A program made the position numbers and the translations under genes. This document shows, in pieces, positions 1 to 13,004 of a DNA stretch of 49,981 bases. The stretch covers positions 1 to 49,981 of the forward strand of contig JANQLJ010000032.1 in assembly GCA_028280665.1 (NCBI GenBank), in the 5' to 3' direction. Source of the DNA: Alphaproteobacteria bacterium (GTDB taxonomy: Bacteria; Pseudomonadota; Alphaproteobacteria; JAJFIK01). The stretch's first letter is position 1. Each line of letters starts with the position of its first letter. The notes beneath the pieces were generated by a model, which was not told the origin of the DNA, made no database searches, and saw only the letters and a program-made list of their open reading frames with translations.

Positions 1-567
1 GGCGCCCCTAAGGCTTTGCGGCTTTCCCAGCGCCTCCCCGATGGCGGCAAGAATTTCTTCGGGCTCCGCCATGCGGCCAAAGCCATGCTCGCCACAGGCC
101 ATGTCGCCCTGATTGGGACCAACCGCGTGTACGCCATCCTGGGCAAGGCGGGCGAGGTTTCTCTGGGTTGCCGGATGCTCCCACATGCGGTGGTTCATGG
201 CGGGCGCGATCAGAACCGGCTTGTCGGTCGCCATCAGGACCGTGGTTGCAAGATCCGAGGCGATGCCGCCTGCCATCTTGGCCATCAGGTCGGCGGTGGC
301 GGGGGCCACCACCACAAGGTCCGCATCGCGGCTGAGTTGAATGTGCCCCATCTCCGCCTCGTCGGTGAGGTCGAAGAGGTTTTGATAAACCTTGTCCTCA
401 GTCAGCGCGCCGACGGACAGGGGTGTCACGAACTCCGCGCCCCCTTGGGTCAGCACCGCGCGCACGTCCGCGCGCTCCTTTCGTAGGCAGCGGATCAGCT
501 CAAGGGTCTTGTAGGCGGCAATGCCGCCGCCAATGATCAGAAGAATGCGCTTGCCGTCGAGCGGCAT
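1..567 (-). CDS. coaBC: Bifunctional phosphopantothenoylcysteine decarboxylase/synthase; N-terminal part only, runs off the window edge
   Basis: Hand-translated from the ATG at 567: MPLDGKRILLIIGGGIAAYK...VVAPATADLMAKMA...APAMNHRMW...MACGEHGFGRMAEP. Absent from the ORF track because it is truncated. Confidence 0.95.
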   Translation of the reverse strand, partial: MPLDGKRILLIIGGGIAAYKTLELIRCLRKERADVRAVLTQGGAEFVTPLSVGALTEDKVYQNLFDLTDEAEMGHIQLSRDADLVVVAPATADLMAKMAGGIASDLATTVLMATDKPVLIAPAMNHRMWEHPATQRNLARLAQDGVHAVGPNQGDMACGEHGFGRMAEPEEILAAIGEALGKPQSLRGA

Positions 568-652
568 GGGCCTCACCCCTTAATCTTCCCAAGGTGTGGG
601 GAATATAGGGATTTACGGCTCCGATGTGTAGATCATTTCCCGGTGAGCGTTA

Positions 653-2248
653 TCAGCCGCCGAAAAGCGCCGCTAAAGCCATGGCCACAAGGGCGCTCGC
701 CCCCACCCACATCGCGGTTCTGCCTGAGCGCGTGCGGCGGGCTTCGGCTTCGCCGATCTCCCGCGCGGTTTCGGGGTGAAGGCGCACGCCCTCTTCGTCC
801 ACCATGTCGGTGACCACGACGGCGGCGTCTTCGAGCTTTTCGATCATCTCCGGCAGGCGCGTGGCGATACGCGCCAGATGCCCCGCCGCATCGGCGGCTT
901 CGCGCACCCGCGCCTCGGGGCCGATATAGTCGGTCATGAAGCGCTCGACCACGGGGCGCGAGGCCTCCCATATATTGTGGCCGGGATCGAGCGTGCGCGC
1001 GACCCCTTCCACCACCACCATGGTCTTCTGCAAAAGCAAGAGCGAGGGCTGCATGTGCATGTCGAAGGCCCGGGTGATCTCAAAAAGCTGGGCGAGGAGC
1101 CCGGCCATGGAAATCTCAGAGACATCACGGCCGAAAATGCGCTCGCCCACCGCGCGCAAGGCGAGGGCGAAATCCTCGCGGGATTTGGCGGGGGGCACAT
1201 AGCCGATGTCGAAATGCACTTGCGCGACGCGGTCATAATCGCGGCAAAGAAACCCGTAGAGCGTTTCCGCCATAAAGCGCCGCTCGGCCTTTGAAAGCCG
1301 CCCCATGATGCCGAAGTCCACGGCAACGAGGCGGCCTTCCTTATCGACGAAAAGATTTCCCGGGTGCATGTCCGCGTGGAAAAACCCGTCGCGTAGCGCA
1401 TGGGTGAGGAACGTCTCGATCACCAGATTGGCGATGCGCGCAGGGTTATGGCCCGCGGCGGCGAGGTCTTCGGCGGTGCGCAAGGATGCGCCCTCCACCC
1501 ATTCCGTAGTCAGCGTGGCTTTCCCCGTGCGCGTCCAATCGACCGCGGGCACCACGAAACTCTCGTCGCGCTTCGTGTTTTCTGCCAGCGCACTTGCGGC
1601 GGCGGCTTCAAGGCGCAGGTCCATTTCCTGATCCACCGAGGCTTTCAGGGTCTCGATGGCTTTAACGGGCTCAAGGCGCTTGAGGGAGGGCTGGAGCTTT
1701 TCGGCGATCCGCGCGGCGAAAAAGAAGGCATCGAGGTCTTTACGGAAGCGCCGTTCGATATCGGGCCGCAGTACTTTCACGGCCACCTTTTCGCCGCCGG
1801 CGGTGGTGGCGCGGTGCACTTGGGCGATGGAGGCCGCGGCCACGGGCTCGCTGAGTTCTGCGAAAACCTTATCGAGGGGCTTGCCGAGATCGGCTTCGAT
1901 ACGGGCGATGGCTTTATCTTGCGAAAAAGGCGGCAGCCGGTCCTGCAGGATATTGAGGCCTGACGCCATCCCCTCGCCTACAATGTCGGGGCGGGTCGCA
2001 AGAAACTGGCCAAGCTTGATGTAGGTGGGGCCGAGCTTTTGCAGCGCTTCGGCAAGGCGCGCGGCCTGGGCTTCGGTGGTATCACCCTCTTGTCCTTGGC
2101 GCCGTGCGCCCAACCGCAAGACGGCGGCGGCAAGTTTCGCCAAGCCCGGCACTTCGGCCTCGAATTCGACCGGCAGCAGTGCCTCATAGGCGGCAAGGGT
2201 GCGCGCCGCGCGCAACAAGCGCCCCAGATTGCCCAGCGCGCGGACCAT
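653..2248 (-). CDS. ubiB: UbiB/ABC1 atypical kinase for ubiquinone biosynthesis
   Basis: Motifs LGPTYIKLGQFLATRPD, AAASIAQVH, VAVKV and FFHADMHPGN, plus a C-terminal TM. Start placed at MVRALGN (2248), overlapping the ubiE stop. Confidence 0.95.
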   Translation of the reverse strand: MVRALGNLGRLLRAARTLAAYEALLPVEFEAEVPGLAKLAAAVLRLGARRQGQEGDTTEAQAARLAEALQKLGPTYIKLGQFLATRPDIVGEGMASGLNILQDRLPPFSQDKAIARIEADLGKPLDKVFAELSEPVAAASIAQVHRATTAGGEKVAVKVLRPDIERRFRKDLDAFFFAARIAEKLQPSLKRLEPVKAIETLKASVDQEMDLRLEAAAASALAENTKRDESFVVPAVDWTRTGKATLTTEWVEGASLRTAEDLAAAGHNPARIANLVIETFLTHALRDGFFHADMHPGNLFVDKEGRLVAVDFGIMGRLSKAERRFMAETLYGFLCRDYDRVAQVHFDIGYVPPAKSREDFALALRAVGERIFGRDVSEISMAGLLAQLFEITRAFDMHMQPSLLLLQKTMVVVEGVARTLDPGHNIWEASRPVVERFMTDYIGPEARVREAADAAGHLARIATRLPEMIEKLEDAAVVVTDMVDEEGVRLHPETAREIGEAEARRTRSGRTAMWVGASALVAMALAALFGG

Positions 2249-3009
2249 CAGATTTTCCACCCCGAATGAAGGGCCGCGATTCCGCCGGAAAGATTGCGCG
2301 CCTTTACCTGGGCGAACCCCGCCGCACCCACCAGCCCCGCAAAGGCCTTCTGGTTGGGAAAGCGCCGGATGCTTTCCACAAGATATTGATAGCTCTCGGC
2401 GTCGCCGGTGATCCATTTGCCGAACCGCGGGATCGCGCGGAAGGAAAACTCATCGTAGATTTTGTCGAGCAGCGGCACCTGCACTTCGGAAAACTCAAGG
2501 CACAGGAACCGCCCGCCGGTTTTAAGCACGCGGAAGGCTTCGGCAAGCGCCTTTTCGATATGGGTCACGTTGCGGATGCCGAAGGCGATAGTGTAGGCAT
2601 CCACCGACCGGTCCTCAAAAGGAAGGTTTTCGGCGTCCGCCGTCACCCAGGCAAGCGGCTGGGGCTTGCGCGCGCGGGAAGTTTGGCTGCGCCCCACGCC
2701 CACCCGCAGCATTTCTTCGTTGATGTCGGCGACAACCACCTCGGCCGCTGCGCCCTTGCGGGCCGAAGCATCAAGCACCCGGAAAGCGATGTCGCCGGTG
2801 CCACCCGCCACATCGAGAACCCGCGCGCCGGGCCGGAGGGAAAGCCAGGCCACCATGGCGTCTTTCCAGAGCCGGTGAACCCCGCCGGACATCACATCGT
2901 TCATGAGGTCATAGCGGTCCGCAACGCTGTCGAAAACGCCGCGCACCATCCCCGCCTTGTCCTCGCCGGGAACGTCCTTGAAGCCGAAAGAAGTTGTCTT
3001 TTCAGTCAT
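2248..3009 (-). CDS. ubiE: Ubiquinone/menaquinone C-methyltransferase
   Basis: [17 protein letters not shown] motif [16 protein letters not shown] and [12 protein letters not shown]. Confidence 0.96.
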   Translation of the reverse strand: MTEKTTSFGFKDVPGEDKAGMVRGVFDSVADRYDLMNDVMSGGVHRLWKDAMVAWLSLRPGARVLDVAGGTGDIAFRVLDASARKGAAAEVVVADINEEMLRVGVGRSQTSRARKPQPLAWVTADAENLPFEDRSVDAYTIAFGIRNVTHIEKALAEAFRVLKTGGRFLCLEFSEVQVPLLDKIYDEFSFRAIPRFGKWITGDAESYQYLVESIRRFPNQKAFAGLVGAAGFAQVKARNLSGGIAALHSGWKI

Positions 3010-3085
3010 CTGGCGGGGACCATAGTCCCCCGGGGCGATCCAGGCTAGCGTGGCGCTTCGCCGCCGTTAACGACAAAGCCCGCCC

Positions 3086-3916
3086 ATGCCCGAACTCCCT
3101 GAAGTGGAAACCGTGATGCGGGGTCTCAAGCCCCACCTTGAGGGGCGGCGGATCGCAAAGGTCAAACTGAACCGCAAGGACTTGCGCGTGCCCTTCCCGC
3201 GGGGGTTTGCAAAGGCCCTTGAAGGGGCAAAGGTCGAGCGGCTCGCCCGCCGGGCGAAATACATGCTCTGGCATCTTGAGACCGGCAAGACGGCCATTGT
3301 GCACCTGGGCATGTCGGGCAAGTTCACGATCTACGAAAATGGCGAGGAGCCTGCCCGAAACCCCCACGATCATGTGGTGATCACCACGGAGGGGGGCACC
3401 CGGCTTATCTATACGGACCACCGCCGCTTCGGGCTTATGACGCTGGCGAAAGGTGCTGATCTGGATGCGCACCCTTATTTTGCGCACATGGGACCTGAGC
3501 CCTTGGGGAACGGGTTTTCCGGCCCCGCGCTTACCGTGGCTCTTAAGGGGAAAAAGACGCCGATCAAGGCCGCACTTCTGGACCAGCGCGTGGTGGCGGG
3601 GCTGGGCAATATCTATGTGTGCGAGGCCCTGTGGCGGGCGCGCATCTCCCCCCGGCGGCAGGCGGCTAGCGTAGCGGGCGTCCGCGCCGAACGGCTCGCC
3701 CCTGCTATCAAGGATGTACTGGGCGAGGCCATCGCCTCGGGCGGCTCCACTTTGCGGGACTATGCGCGCGCCGATGGGGGGCTTGGCTATTTTCAGCACC
3801 GGTTCGACGTTTATGGCCGCGAGGGCGAGCCCTGCCGCGCTTGCGGCAAAGGCACCGTCCGGCGGCTTGTTCAGTCCGGGCGGTCCACCTTTTTCTGCCC
3901 CCAATGCCAGCGCTGA
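3086..3916 (+). CDS. mutM: Formamidopyrimidine-DNA glycosylase
   Basis: N-terminal PELPEVE, HLGMSG, GLGNIY and a C-terminal CxxC...CPQCQ zinc finger. Confidence 0.98.
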   Translation: MPELPEVETVMRGLKPHLEGRRIAKVKLNRKDLRVPFPRGFAKALEGAKVERLARRAKYMLWHLETGKTAIVHLGMSGKFTIYENGEEPARNPHDHVVITTEGGTRLIYTDHRRFGLMTLAKGADLDAHPYFAHMGPEPLGNGFSGPALTVALKGKKTPIKAALLDQRVVAGLGNIYVCEALWRARISPRRQAASVAGVRAERLAPAIKDVLGEAIASGGSTLRDYARADGGLGYFQHRFDVYGREGEPCRACGKGTVRRLVQSGRSTFFCPQCQR

Positions 3917-4067
3917 CAAGGCGCGGCGGCGCTTTGCCGCCCGCCATTCGTGATCAATTGGGGGGTTTCGTTTCCCGGGCCAAAGGAGTATGTGAGGCGC
4001 CTTCGCGCGGCAGGCTTATGCGGGCGATACGCAGAAAGCGCCCCCTCGGGGGCCAAAGGGGAGTTGC

Positions 4068-4844
4068 ATGGCTTACGAGACCATTATCGTCGACCACGAA
4101 GGCGGCGTTGGCAGCATCACGCTCAACCGGCCCGATGCGCTCAATGCGCTCAATTCGCAGCTGATTGACGAACTGAGCGACGCCCTTGACGATTTCGAAG
4201 GGGACGAGACCATCGGGTGCATTGTCCTTTTGGGCTCGAACAAAGCGTTCGCCGCCGGGGCCGACATTAAAGAAATGCAGCCCAAGACCTTTATGGAGGT
4301 CTACAAGGAAGACTTCATTACGCGGAACTGGGAGCGCGTCACCCGGTGCCGCAAGCCGGTGATCGCAGGCGTCGCCGGCTACGCCCTCGGCGGAGGCTGC
4401 GAGCTTGCCATGATGTGCGATACCATCGTTGCCGCGGACAACGCCAAGTTCGGCCAGCCCGAGATCAATCTGGGCGTCATGCCCGGCGTGGGCGGGACCC
4501 AGCGGCTGACGCGCTTTGTGGGCAAGGCCAAGGCCATGGATATGTGCCTTACAGGCCGCATGATGGACGCCGAGGAAGCCGAGCGCGCGGGGCTCGTTAC
4601 CAAAGTGGTGCCCCTCGATGAGCTCAAGGACGAGGTCATGCGCATGGCCACCAAAATCGCCGAGCAATCCCACCCCATCGTCATGATGACCAAGGAGAGC
4701 ATCAACCGGTCCTATGAGACCACCTTGGCCGAAGGGGTGCGCTTCGAGCGGCGGCTGTTCCACTCCATGTTCGCCACCGAGGACCAGAAAGAGGGCATGA
4801 CCGCCTTTGTCGAGAAGCGGAACCCTCATTTCAAACACCGCTAG
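4068..4844 (+). CDS. Enoyl-CoA hydratase (crotonase family)
   Basis: [33 protein letters not shown] and [10 protein letters not shown]. Confidence 0.95.
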   Translation: MAYETIIVDHEGGVGSITLNRPDALNALNSQLIDELSDALDDFEGDETIGCIVLLGSNKAFAAGADIKEMQPKTFMEVYKEDFITRNWERVTRCRKPVIAGVAGYALGGGCELAMMCDTIVAADNAKFGQPEINLGVMPGVGGTQRLTRFVGKAKAMDMCLTGRMMDAEEAERAGLVTKVVPLDELKDEVMRMATKIAEQSHPIVMMTKESINRSYETTLAEGVRFERRLFHSMFATEDQKEGMTAFVEKRNPHFKHR

Positions 4845-4885
4845 CCCGCAGATTCTGCGGCGCAGCGAAGCCGGGCCCAGCCCGC

Positions 4886-4914
4886 TTGACCCTTGGCAGG
4901 GCGGCGGCTATAAC
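4886..4914 (+). promoter_or_regulatory. Sigma70-type promoter of rpsT
   Basis: TTGACC (4886-4891), 17-nt spacer, TATAAC (4909-4914). Confidence 0.8.
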
Positions 4915-4951
4915 CCGCCGCCTTAACCCACGAAGATACCGGGATTATTTG

Positions 4952-5218
4952 ATGCCTAACACAGCGTCAGCCAAAAAGATGGTGCGGAAGATCGAACGCC
5001 GCACCGCGGTCAACAAGAACCGCCGGACCCGTATGCGCACCTATGTGCGGCGCGTCGAAGAAGCCATCGCCGCGGGCGATCAGGCGGCGGCCAAGACGGC
5101 CTTCCAGGCGGCCGAGCCGGAAATAATGCGTGCTGTGTCAAAAGGCATCTTGCATAAGAACGCAGGATCGCGGAAAGTTTCCCGCCTCGCGGCGCGTGTC
5201 GCGAAAATGAGTACATAG
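4952..5218 (+). CDS. rpsT: 30S ribosomal protein S20
   Basis: [21 protein letters not shown]...[16 protein letters not shown], 88 aa. Confidence 0.97.
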   Translation: MPNTASAKKMVRKIERRTAVNKNRRTRMRTYVRRVEEAIAAGDQAAAKTAFQAAEPEIMRAVSKGILHKNAGSRKVSRLAARVAKMST

Positions 5219-5249
5219 CCAAGCACCGGACAGACGGACCTGCCACGAG

Positions 5250-5279
5250 GCGGCCGCGTTTCCACGTGGCCGCTTTTTT
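5250..5279 (+). terminator. Intrinsic terminator after rpsT
   Basis: Stem GCGGCCGCGT / ACGTGGCCGC with a 4-nt loop, followed by TTTTTT. Confidence 0.85.
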
Positions 5280-5774
5280 GTATCTTGCGTACTCATGTAA
5301 ATTGATCGGTGTCCGGACGAACTGGTCTTCGCGTTCGCGGGGGCAGCGCGCACACCTAAAAGTATGAAAAATTTTTTACGGATTCGTGCATCAAATCCAT
5401 TGCATCATCTTCATTGATGCGATTAACTATTGCCGCTTCTTTAGAGGCGTCGGCGAGTTCTTTCGAAGGGGCGTAGGGCTTAAAGTTTCAGGGCCACATT
5501 CATCGTCGGCATAAGCACGTATTCACATGAGTTGCAGCGTATGACCGCGGCGTTTATGCGGCCGGGTGGCAGAACCCTATTGTGTCTTCAGCGTCTTTGA
5601 GTGCAGCCCCGCCTGCACGACTTCTTGCCTTTCGGGGGTGATACGGTGGACATCTTCACGAGCGCGCAAAGCGATACCTTCACGGGGTTTCGTGAAACGT
5701 CTCAACACTCTCCATCCCAAAGCCTTCCGTATAAAGATCATTTCAGCGAAGAAACTCACACAAAACCCCGGCTC

Positions 5775-6209
5775 ATGCCCGCCGAGGGCGCCGCCTATGC
5801 AGGTGATGTCAGTGCCGCGGAGGCCTATGAGGTGCTGGCATCGGAGGATGATGCGGTTCTGGTCGATGTGCGGACCAAGGCCGAATGGACCTTTGTGGGC
5901 ATCCCCGACCTTTCTGCACTTGGCAAAAGCGCGGCCCTGGTCGAATGGATCAGCTTTCCCTCCATGGGTCAGAACAAGGCTTTTTTGAGCGATCTCGAAC
6001 GCCTGGTGCCCGGCGCCCGGGAAAAGGCGGTCTTTTTCATGTGCCGTTCAGGCGGGCGCTCGCGTAATGCGGCCATTGCCGCCGCCGCTCATGGCTTTAC
6101 ACGCGCTTACAATATCGACAGCGGGTTTGAAGGCCCGCTTGACGGGGACCGTCACCGGGGCGGCGTAAATGGATGGAAGGCCACGGGACTTCCGTGGGCG
6201 CAGAGCTAG
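5775..6209 (+). CDS. Single-domain rhodanese (sulfurtransferase)
   Basis: LVDVRTKAEW, active-site loop CRSGGRS and GWKATGLPW. Start is uncertain because the ORF stays open upstream to 5601. Confidence 0.9.
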   Translation: MPAEGAAYAGDVSAAEAYEVLASEDDAVLVDVRTKAEWTFVGIPDLSALGKSAALVEWISFPSMGQNKAFLSDLERLVPGAREKAVFFMCRSGGRSRNAAIAAAAHGFTRAYNIDSGFEGPLDGDRHRGGVNGWKATGLPWAQS

Positions 6210-6353
6210 GAAGCACAGTTAAGAAAGGGAGACGCAGGGCAAGAAACACTACAAACGAAATTAGGTTGACGAAGAACATAAGCCGCAAGCGGGAGCCTCG
6301 CACCTCAAGCGGGCTGCGGCATCAGAACAATCTCATTTGGGTCATACGGGGTC

Positions 6354-7811
6354 ATGTCGGAAACAAACAGAAACTTGGGCAAAGACGAAAGTGCCATTTC
6401 CTCCGGCGGCGAGGGCCAGGCCATCTGGCAGCGTGTCCGCCACCGCCTGCGCCGCGATCTAGGCGACGGGCCATTCAGTTCCTGGGTAAAACCGCTTGCG
6501 CTCAAGGGCCGCCAGGGCAAGAAAGTGACCTTCGGCGTCACCACGCCTTTCATGCGCGACTCGATCCTGGCGCGCTATGGCAACCGCATTGTCGACTACT
6601 GGCGCGAAGAAGACCCCGCCATCGCCGAGATTGAAATAAATGTGGACGCGCCCCCGCGCGACGATGACGCTGCGTCAAACGGCGCGGCCACCACCAGCAA
6701 AAGCGCTGGCGCGGTAGCCGCAAAACCGGCGGCGGCATCCGGCGCGCGCGCCCGCGACGCGGTACCGGCCCTTGATTTCGATGCGCCCCTCGATGCGCGC
6801 TACACGTTTGATGAGTTTGTGGTGGGTAAATCCAACGAGTTTGCCCACGCCGCGGCCCGCCGCGTGGCGGACAGCCCGCAAGTTCCTTTCAATCCGCTCT
6901 TTCTTTATTCCTCGGTGGGTTTGGGCAAGACGCACCTCATGCACGCCATCGGCCACGAGATCCGCCGCCGCAACCCCGCCCGCAAGGTGCTTTATCTTTC
7001 GGCGGAAAAGTTCATGTTCCAGTTCGTCCGCGCGCTCCGCTACAAGGATACCATGGCGTTCAAGCAGAAGTTCCGCGCCGTGGACGTGCTCATGATCGAC
7101 GATGTGCAGTTCATTTCGGGCAAGAACTCCACCCAGGAAGAATTCTTCCACACCTTCAACGCCCTTATCGATCACAACCGCCAAGTGATCATTTCCGCCG
7201 ACCGCTCGCCCACTGATCTCGAAGGTATCGAGGAACGCATCCGTTCGCGGCTCGGGTGGGGGCTTGTGGCAGACATTCATCCCACCGATTACGAACTGAG
7301 GCTCGGCATCCTTCAGGCCAAGGCCGAGCGCATCTACGCCAGCGACAGCATTCAAGTAGAGCCCAAAATCCTTGAGTTCCTCGCCCACAAGGTGATGTCC
7401 AATGTGCGCGAGCTTGAAGGCTCCCTTAATCGCGTGGTGGCGTTCGCTTCCCTCGTGGGCCGTCCCATCACCCTTGAGATGACCCAGGAAGTGCTGCAGG
7501 ACCTATTGAGGGCATCGGAGCGCAAAATCTCCATTGAGGAGATTCAGCGCAAGGTGGCGGAGTACTATTCGATCCGCCTTGCGGATATGCATTCGGCGCG
7601 GCGCGCCCGCGCCGTGGCGCGGCCCCGGCAGATCGCCATGTACCTCGCCAAGCAATTGACCCCCCGCTCTCTCCCCGAGATTGGGCGCAAATTCGGGGGC
7701 CGCGACCACACCACGGTGATGTACGCGGTGCGCAAAATCGAGGAGTTGCGGGCCGGCGACACGGCGCTCGACGAGGATATCGACCTGCTCAAGCGCATGC
7801 TCGAGGCGTGA
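6354..7811 (+). CDS. dnaA: Chromosomal replication initiator DnaA
   Basis: FNPLFLY..VGLGKTHLM, IDDVQF, TQEEFFHTFN and FGGRDHTTV. Confidence 0.99.
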   Translation: MSETNRNLGKDESAISSGGEGQAIWQRVRHRLRRDLGDGPFSSWVKPLALKGRQGKKVTFGVTTPFMRDSILARYGNRIVDYWREEDPAIAEIEINVDAPPRDDDAASNGAATTSKSAGAVAAKPAAASGARARDAVPALDFDAPLDARYTFDEFVVGKSNEFAHAAARRVADSPQVPFNPLFLYSSVGLGKTHLMHAIGHEIRRRNPARKVLYLSAEKFMFQFVRALRYKDTMAFKQKFRAVDVLMIDDVQFISGKNSTQEEFFHTFNALIDHNRQVIISADRSPTDLEGIEERIRSRLGWGLVADIHPTDYELRLGILQAKAERIYASDSIQVEPKILEFLAHKVMSNVRELEGSLNRVVAFASLVGRPITLEMTQEVLQDLLRASERKISIEEIQRKVAEYYSIRLADMHSARRARAVARPRQIAMYLAKQLTPRSLPEIGRKFGGRDHTTVMYAVRKIEELRAGDTALDEDIDLLKRMLEA

Positions 7812-8145
7812 GCCGGAGGGCCTCCGAAAAGCACTTTGGGCTCAATGGCTTGCCGGGGGCCCAGCACGCGAAATGGGCGCGAAAAATGTGGCATTTTTCC
7901 ACCGGTTTGCGCTAATCTCATAGGCAGATTCGGACGCCTGCTGGCCTGGTGGGGCGGACAGCCAATCACGCGCAAAATTGCGCATTCAAGAAGGGCGTGG
8001 GACGGGCTTGAGCGAGGGGGAAATTCCTTCACCAACGCGAAAAGCCAGCCCCGCCAAGGCACTTCTTCCGCCGCCCTGAATGGCCTGACCACCGCTGGCG
8101 CACGATCCCTTTTGATATGAAACGTCAGACGAAAGACCGAAAGTT

Positions 8146-9264
8146 ATGAGGTTCACCATCGAGCGTAGCGGGCTTCTGAAGTCCCTGAGCCATGTTCAAA
8201 ATGTTGTTGAACGGCGCAACACAATCCCCATTCTTTCAAACGTGCTGTTGCAGGCCTCGGGCGGCAGCCTCACGCTGACCGCAACCGATCTCGACACTGA
8301 GATTATTGAGACCATCGATGCGGACGTGGTGGCCGAAGGCGGCACCACGGCGCCCGCGCACTTGCTTTACGAAATTGTGCGCAAGCTGCCCGATGGCGCG
8401 CAGGTCGATATTGAATACGCCCAGGACGACCAGCGCCTGCATGTGAAAGGCGGGCGCTCGCGCTTTACCCTTGCATGCCTGCCGCGTGATGATTTTCCTG
8501 AAATGGCGGCGGGCGAGCTGCCGGTTGAGTTCACCATCGAAGCCCAGGATCTCGCGCGCGTCATCGACAAAACCAGGTTCGCGATCTCTAACGAGGAAAC
8601 GCGGTATTACCTCAACGGGATTTACGTCCACGCCGCCACCGACGACGGCAACGTTTTGCGCGCGGTGGCGACCGATGGGCACCGTCTTGCGCGCTATGAG
8701 CTGCCGCTGCCCTCGGGTGCTTCTGAGATGCCCGGCATTATCGTCCCCCGCAAGGCGGTGAACGAAATTCGCAAGCTCGTGGAAGAGGGCAGCGGCGTGG
8801 TGGAGGTTGCCCTCTCGGACACCAAAATCCGCTTCGAATGCGACGGCATTGTGCTCACCTCGAAACTCATCGACGGCACGTTCCCCGACTACAACCGCGT
8901 CATCCCCCAAGGCAATGACAAATCGCTGATCTTGCACGGGTCGGACTTTGCCCACGCGGTGGACCGGGTGGCGACCATTTCCGATGAACGCAAGTCCCGC
9001 GCGGTGAAGCTCAACCTCGAAGAAGACCGCATGACGCTCACGGTAGTGAATCCCGAAAGCGGCAACGCCACCGAAGAGCTTGCGGTTGAATATGGCGCGG
9101 GCCCCATCGAGGTCGGCTTTAACGCCAATTACCTGCTTGACATCACGCGCCAGCTCGACGGCGACCAGGCACAGTTCCTGCTCGCCGATCCCGGCTCGCC
9201 CACGCTCGTTCGCGACATGGAAGACGAGCGCGCGCTCTATGTCCTCATGCCCATGCGGGTGTGA
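8146..9264 (+). CDS. dnaN: DNA polymerase III beta clamp
   Basis: VERRNTIPILSN, ATDGHRLA, IDGTFPDY and YVLMPMRV. Confidence 0.99.
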   Translation: MRFTIERSGLLKSLSHVQNVVERRNTIPILSNVLLQASGGSLTLTATDLDTEIIETIDADVVAEGGTTAPAHLLYEIVRKLPDGAQVDIEYAQDDQRLHVKGGRSRFTLACLPRDDFPEMAAGELPVEFTIEAQDLARVIDKTRFAISNEETRYYLNGIYVHAATDDGNVLRAVATDGHRLARYELPLPSGASEMPGIIVPRKAVNEIRKLVEEGSGVVEVALSDTKIRFECDGIVLTSKLIDGTFPDYNRVIPQGNDKSLILHGSDFAHAVDRVATISDERKSRAVKLNLEEDRMTLTVVNPESGNATEELAVEYGAGPIEVGFNANYLLDITRQLDGDQAQFLLADPGSPTLVRDMEDERALYVLMPMRV

Positions 9265-9312
9265 GGCGCCTGAGTCCCGTGAGATGAGCCGCGTGAGAGA
9301 GGACGGAATTTC

Positions 9313-10452
9313 ATGACCGCCGCCGCCATGGCCCATACCGCTCCGCAAGGGGCCGCGTTTTACGTGAGCCGGCTTGGCATGACGTCGTTCCGGTCTTACG
9401 ACGCGGCCGAGGTGGTCAGCGATGGACGGCCGCTCGTGTTTTGGGGGGCCAACGGCGCGGGCAAGACGAACATTCTCGAAGCGCTGTCGTTGCTGGCGCC
9501 TGGGCGCGGTTTGCGCGGTGCGAAACTTATCGAGGCTATGCGCCGGGTGCCGGGAAAGGTGCCGCAGCCCTGGTCCGTTGCCGGCCGCGTGCGCTGCGGC
9601 AATGACGAAGTTGCTCTGCGCACGGGGCTCGATGCGCTTGGGCGCCGCGAAGTGCGCATCGACGGTGAGAAAGCCGCGCCCGGCGATCTTGGCGACCACT
9701 TGCGGCTTTTGTGGCTGACGCCCGCCATGGACGGGCTTTTCACCGGAAGCCCCGGCGGGCGGCGGCGTTTTCTTGATCGCATGGTTTTGGGGCTCGATGC
9801 GGAGCACGGGCGCGTGGCCGCTACTTACGAAAAAGCGTTGCGCGAGCGGCAGCGGCTTTTGAACGATCACCGCGAAGAGCCCTCTTGGATGGACGGGCTT
9901 GAAGAAACCATGGCCCAGGCGGGCCTTGAGCTTGCCGCGCGCCGGCGCCATCTCCTGCACCGGCTCGAAGCGGCCATCGACGAGGCGGAAAGCGCCTTTC
10001 CCCATGCGGCGCTCGCTCTCGACGAAGGATTTGAAGCGGACGGCGAAGAAGCGCTTGCGCGCGCCTTTCGTGAAAGCCGCCGCCGGGACGAAGCGTCGGG
10101 CCGTGCATGCCTGGGCCCGCACCGCGCCGATGTAAAGGTGCGCCACCGGGAAAAAGATGTTGCAGCCGCCGATTGTTCGACCGGCGAGCAAAAAGCGCTT
10201 TTGATCGGTCTCGTGCTCGCCAACGCGCGGCTTCAGGCCGTTGCCCATGGGGGCGCGGCGCCGCTGTTGCTGCTTGATGAGATCGCCGCGCATTTGGACG
10301 AGGACCGGCGCGGCGCGCTGTTTGACGAGATTTGCGCCCTTGGCGCACAAGCCTGGATGACGGGAACCGATGCCGCGCTTTTCAGCGCGCTCGGCGCCCG
10401 CGCCCAGCACATTGAAGTGAAAGACGGAACCATTCGCGAAACGGGCAACTAG
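9313..10452 (+). CDS. recF: DNA replication/repair protein RecF
   Basis: Walker A GANGAGKTN, GPHRAD, CSTGEQKALL and LLLLDEIAAHLD. Confidence 0.97.
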   Translation: MTAAAMAHTAPQGAAFYVSRLGMTSFRSYDAAEVVSDGRPLVFWGANGAGKTNILEALSLLAPGRGLRGAKLIEAMRRVPGKVPQPWSVAGRVRCGNDEVALRTGLDALGRREVRIDGEKAAPGDLGDHLRLLWLTPAMDGLFTGSPGGRRRFLDRMVLGLDAEHGRVAATYEKALRERQRLLNDHREEPSWMDGLEETMAQAGLELAARRRHLLHRLEAAIDEAESAFPHAALALDEGFEADGEEALARAFRESRRRDEASGRACLGPHRADVKVRHREKDVAAADCSTGEQKALLIGLVLANARLQAVAHGGAAPLLLLDEIAAHLDEDRRGALFDEICALGAQAWMTGTDAALFSALGARAQHIEVKDGTIRETGN

Positions 10453-12903
<2,451 letters not shown>

Positions 12904-13004
12904 GCCTGAACGCCAGCCTTCTTCACGCGGTAGTAAAGCGGCGTTAACTCCTGCCGCGCTTAGCTGGCGCCCGGGAAAAACCTGACGGGCAACAGAGGGT
13001 CAGC

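Noticed and set aside
5414-5427. FNR/FixK box
   Set aside because: TTGAT is present, but the spacing and second half do not fit TTGAT-N4-ATCAA.
6664-6676. Third TGACG...CGTCA site inside dnaA
   Set aside because: The spacer is 3 nt rather than 4 and the site lies in coding sequence.
7812-8145. oriC between dnaA and dnaN
   Set aside because: Only a weak DnaA-box-like TTTTCCACC, with no box cluster and no AT-rich unwinding element. Alphaproteobacterial origins are often unlinked to dnaA.
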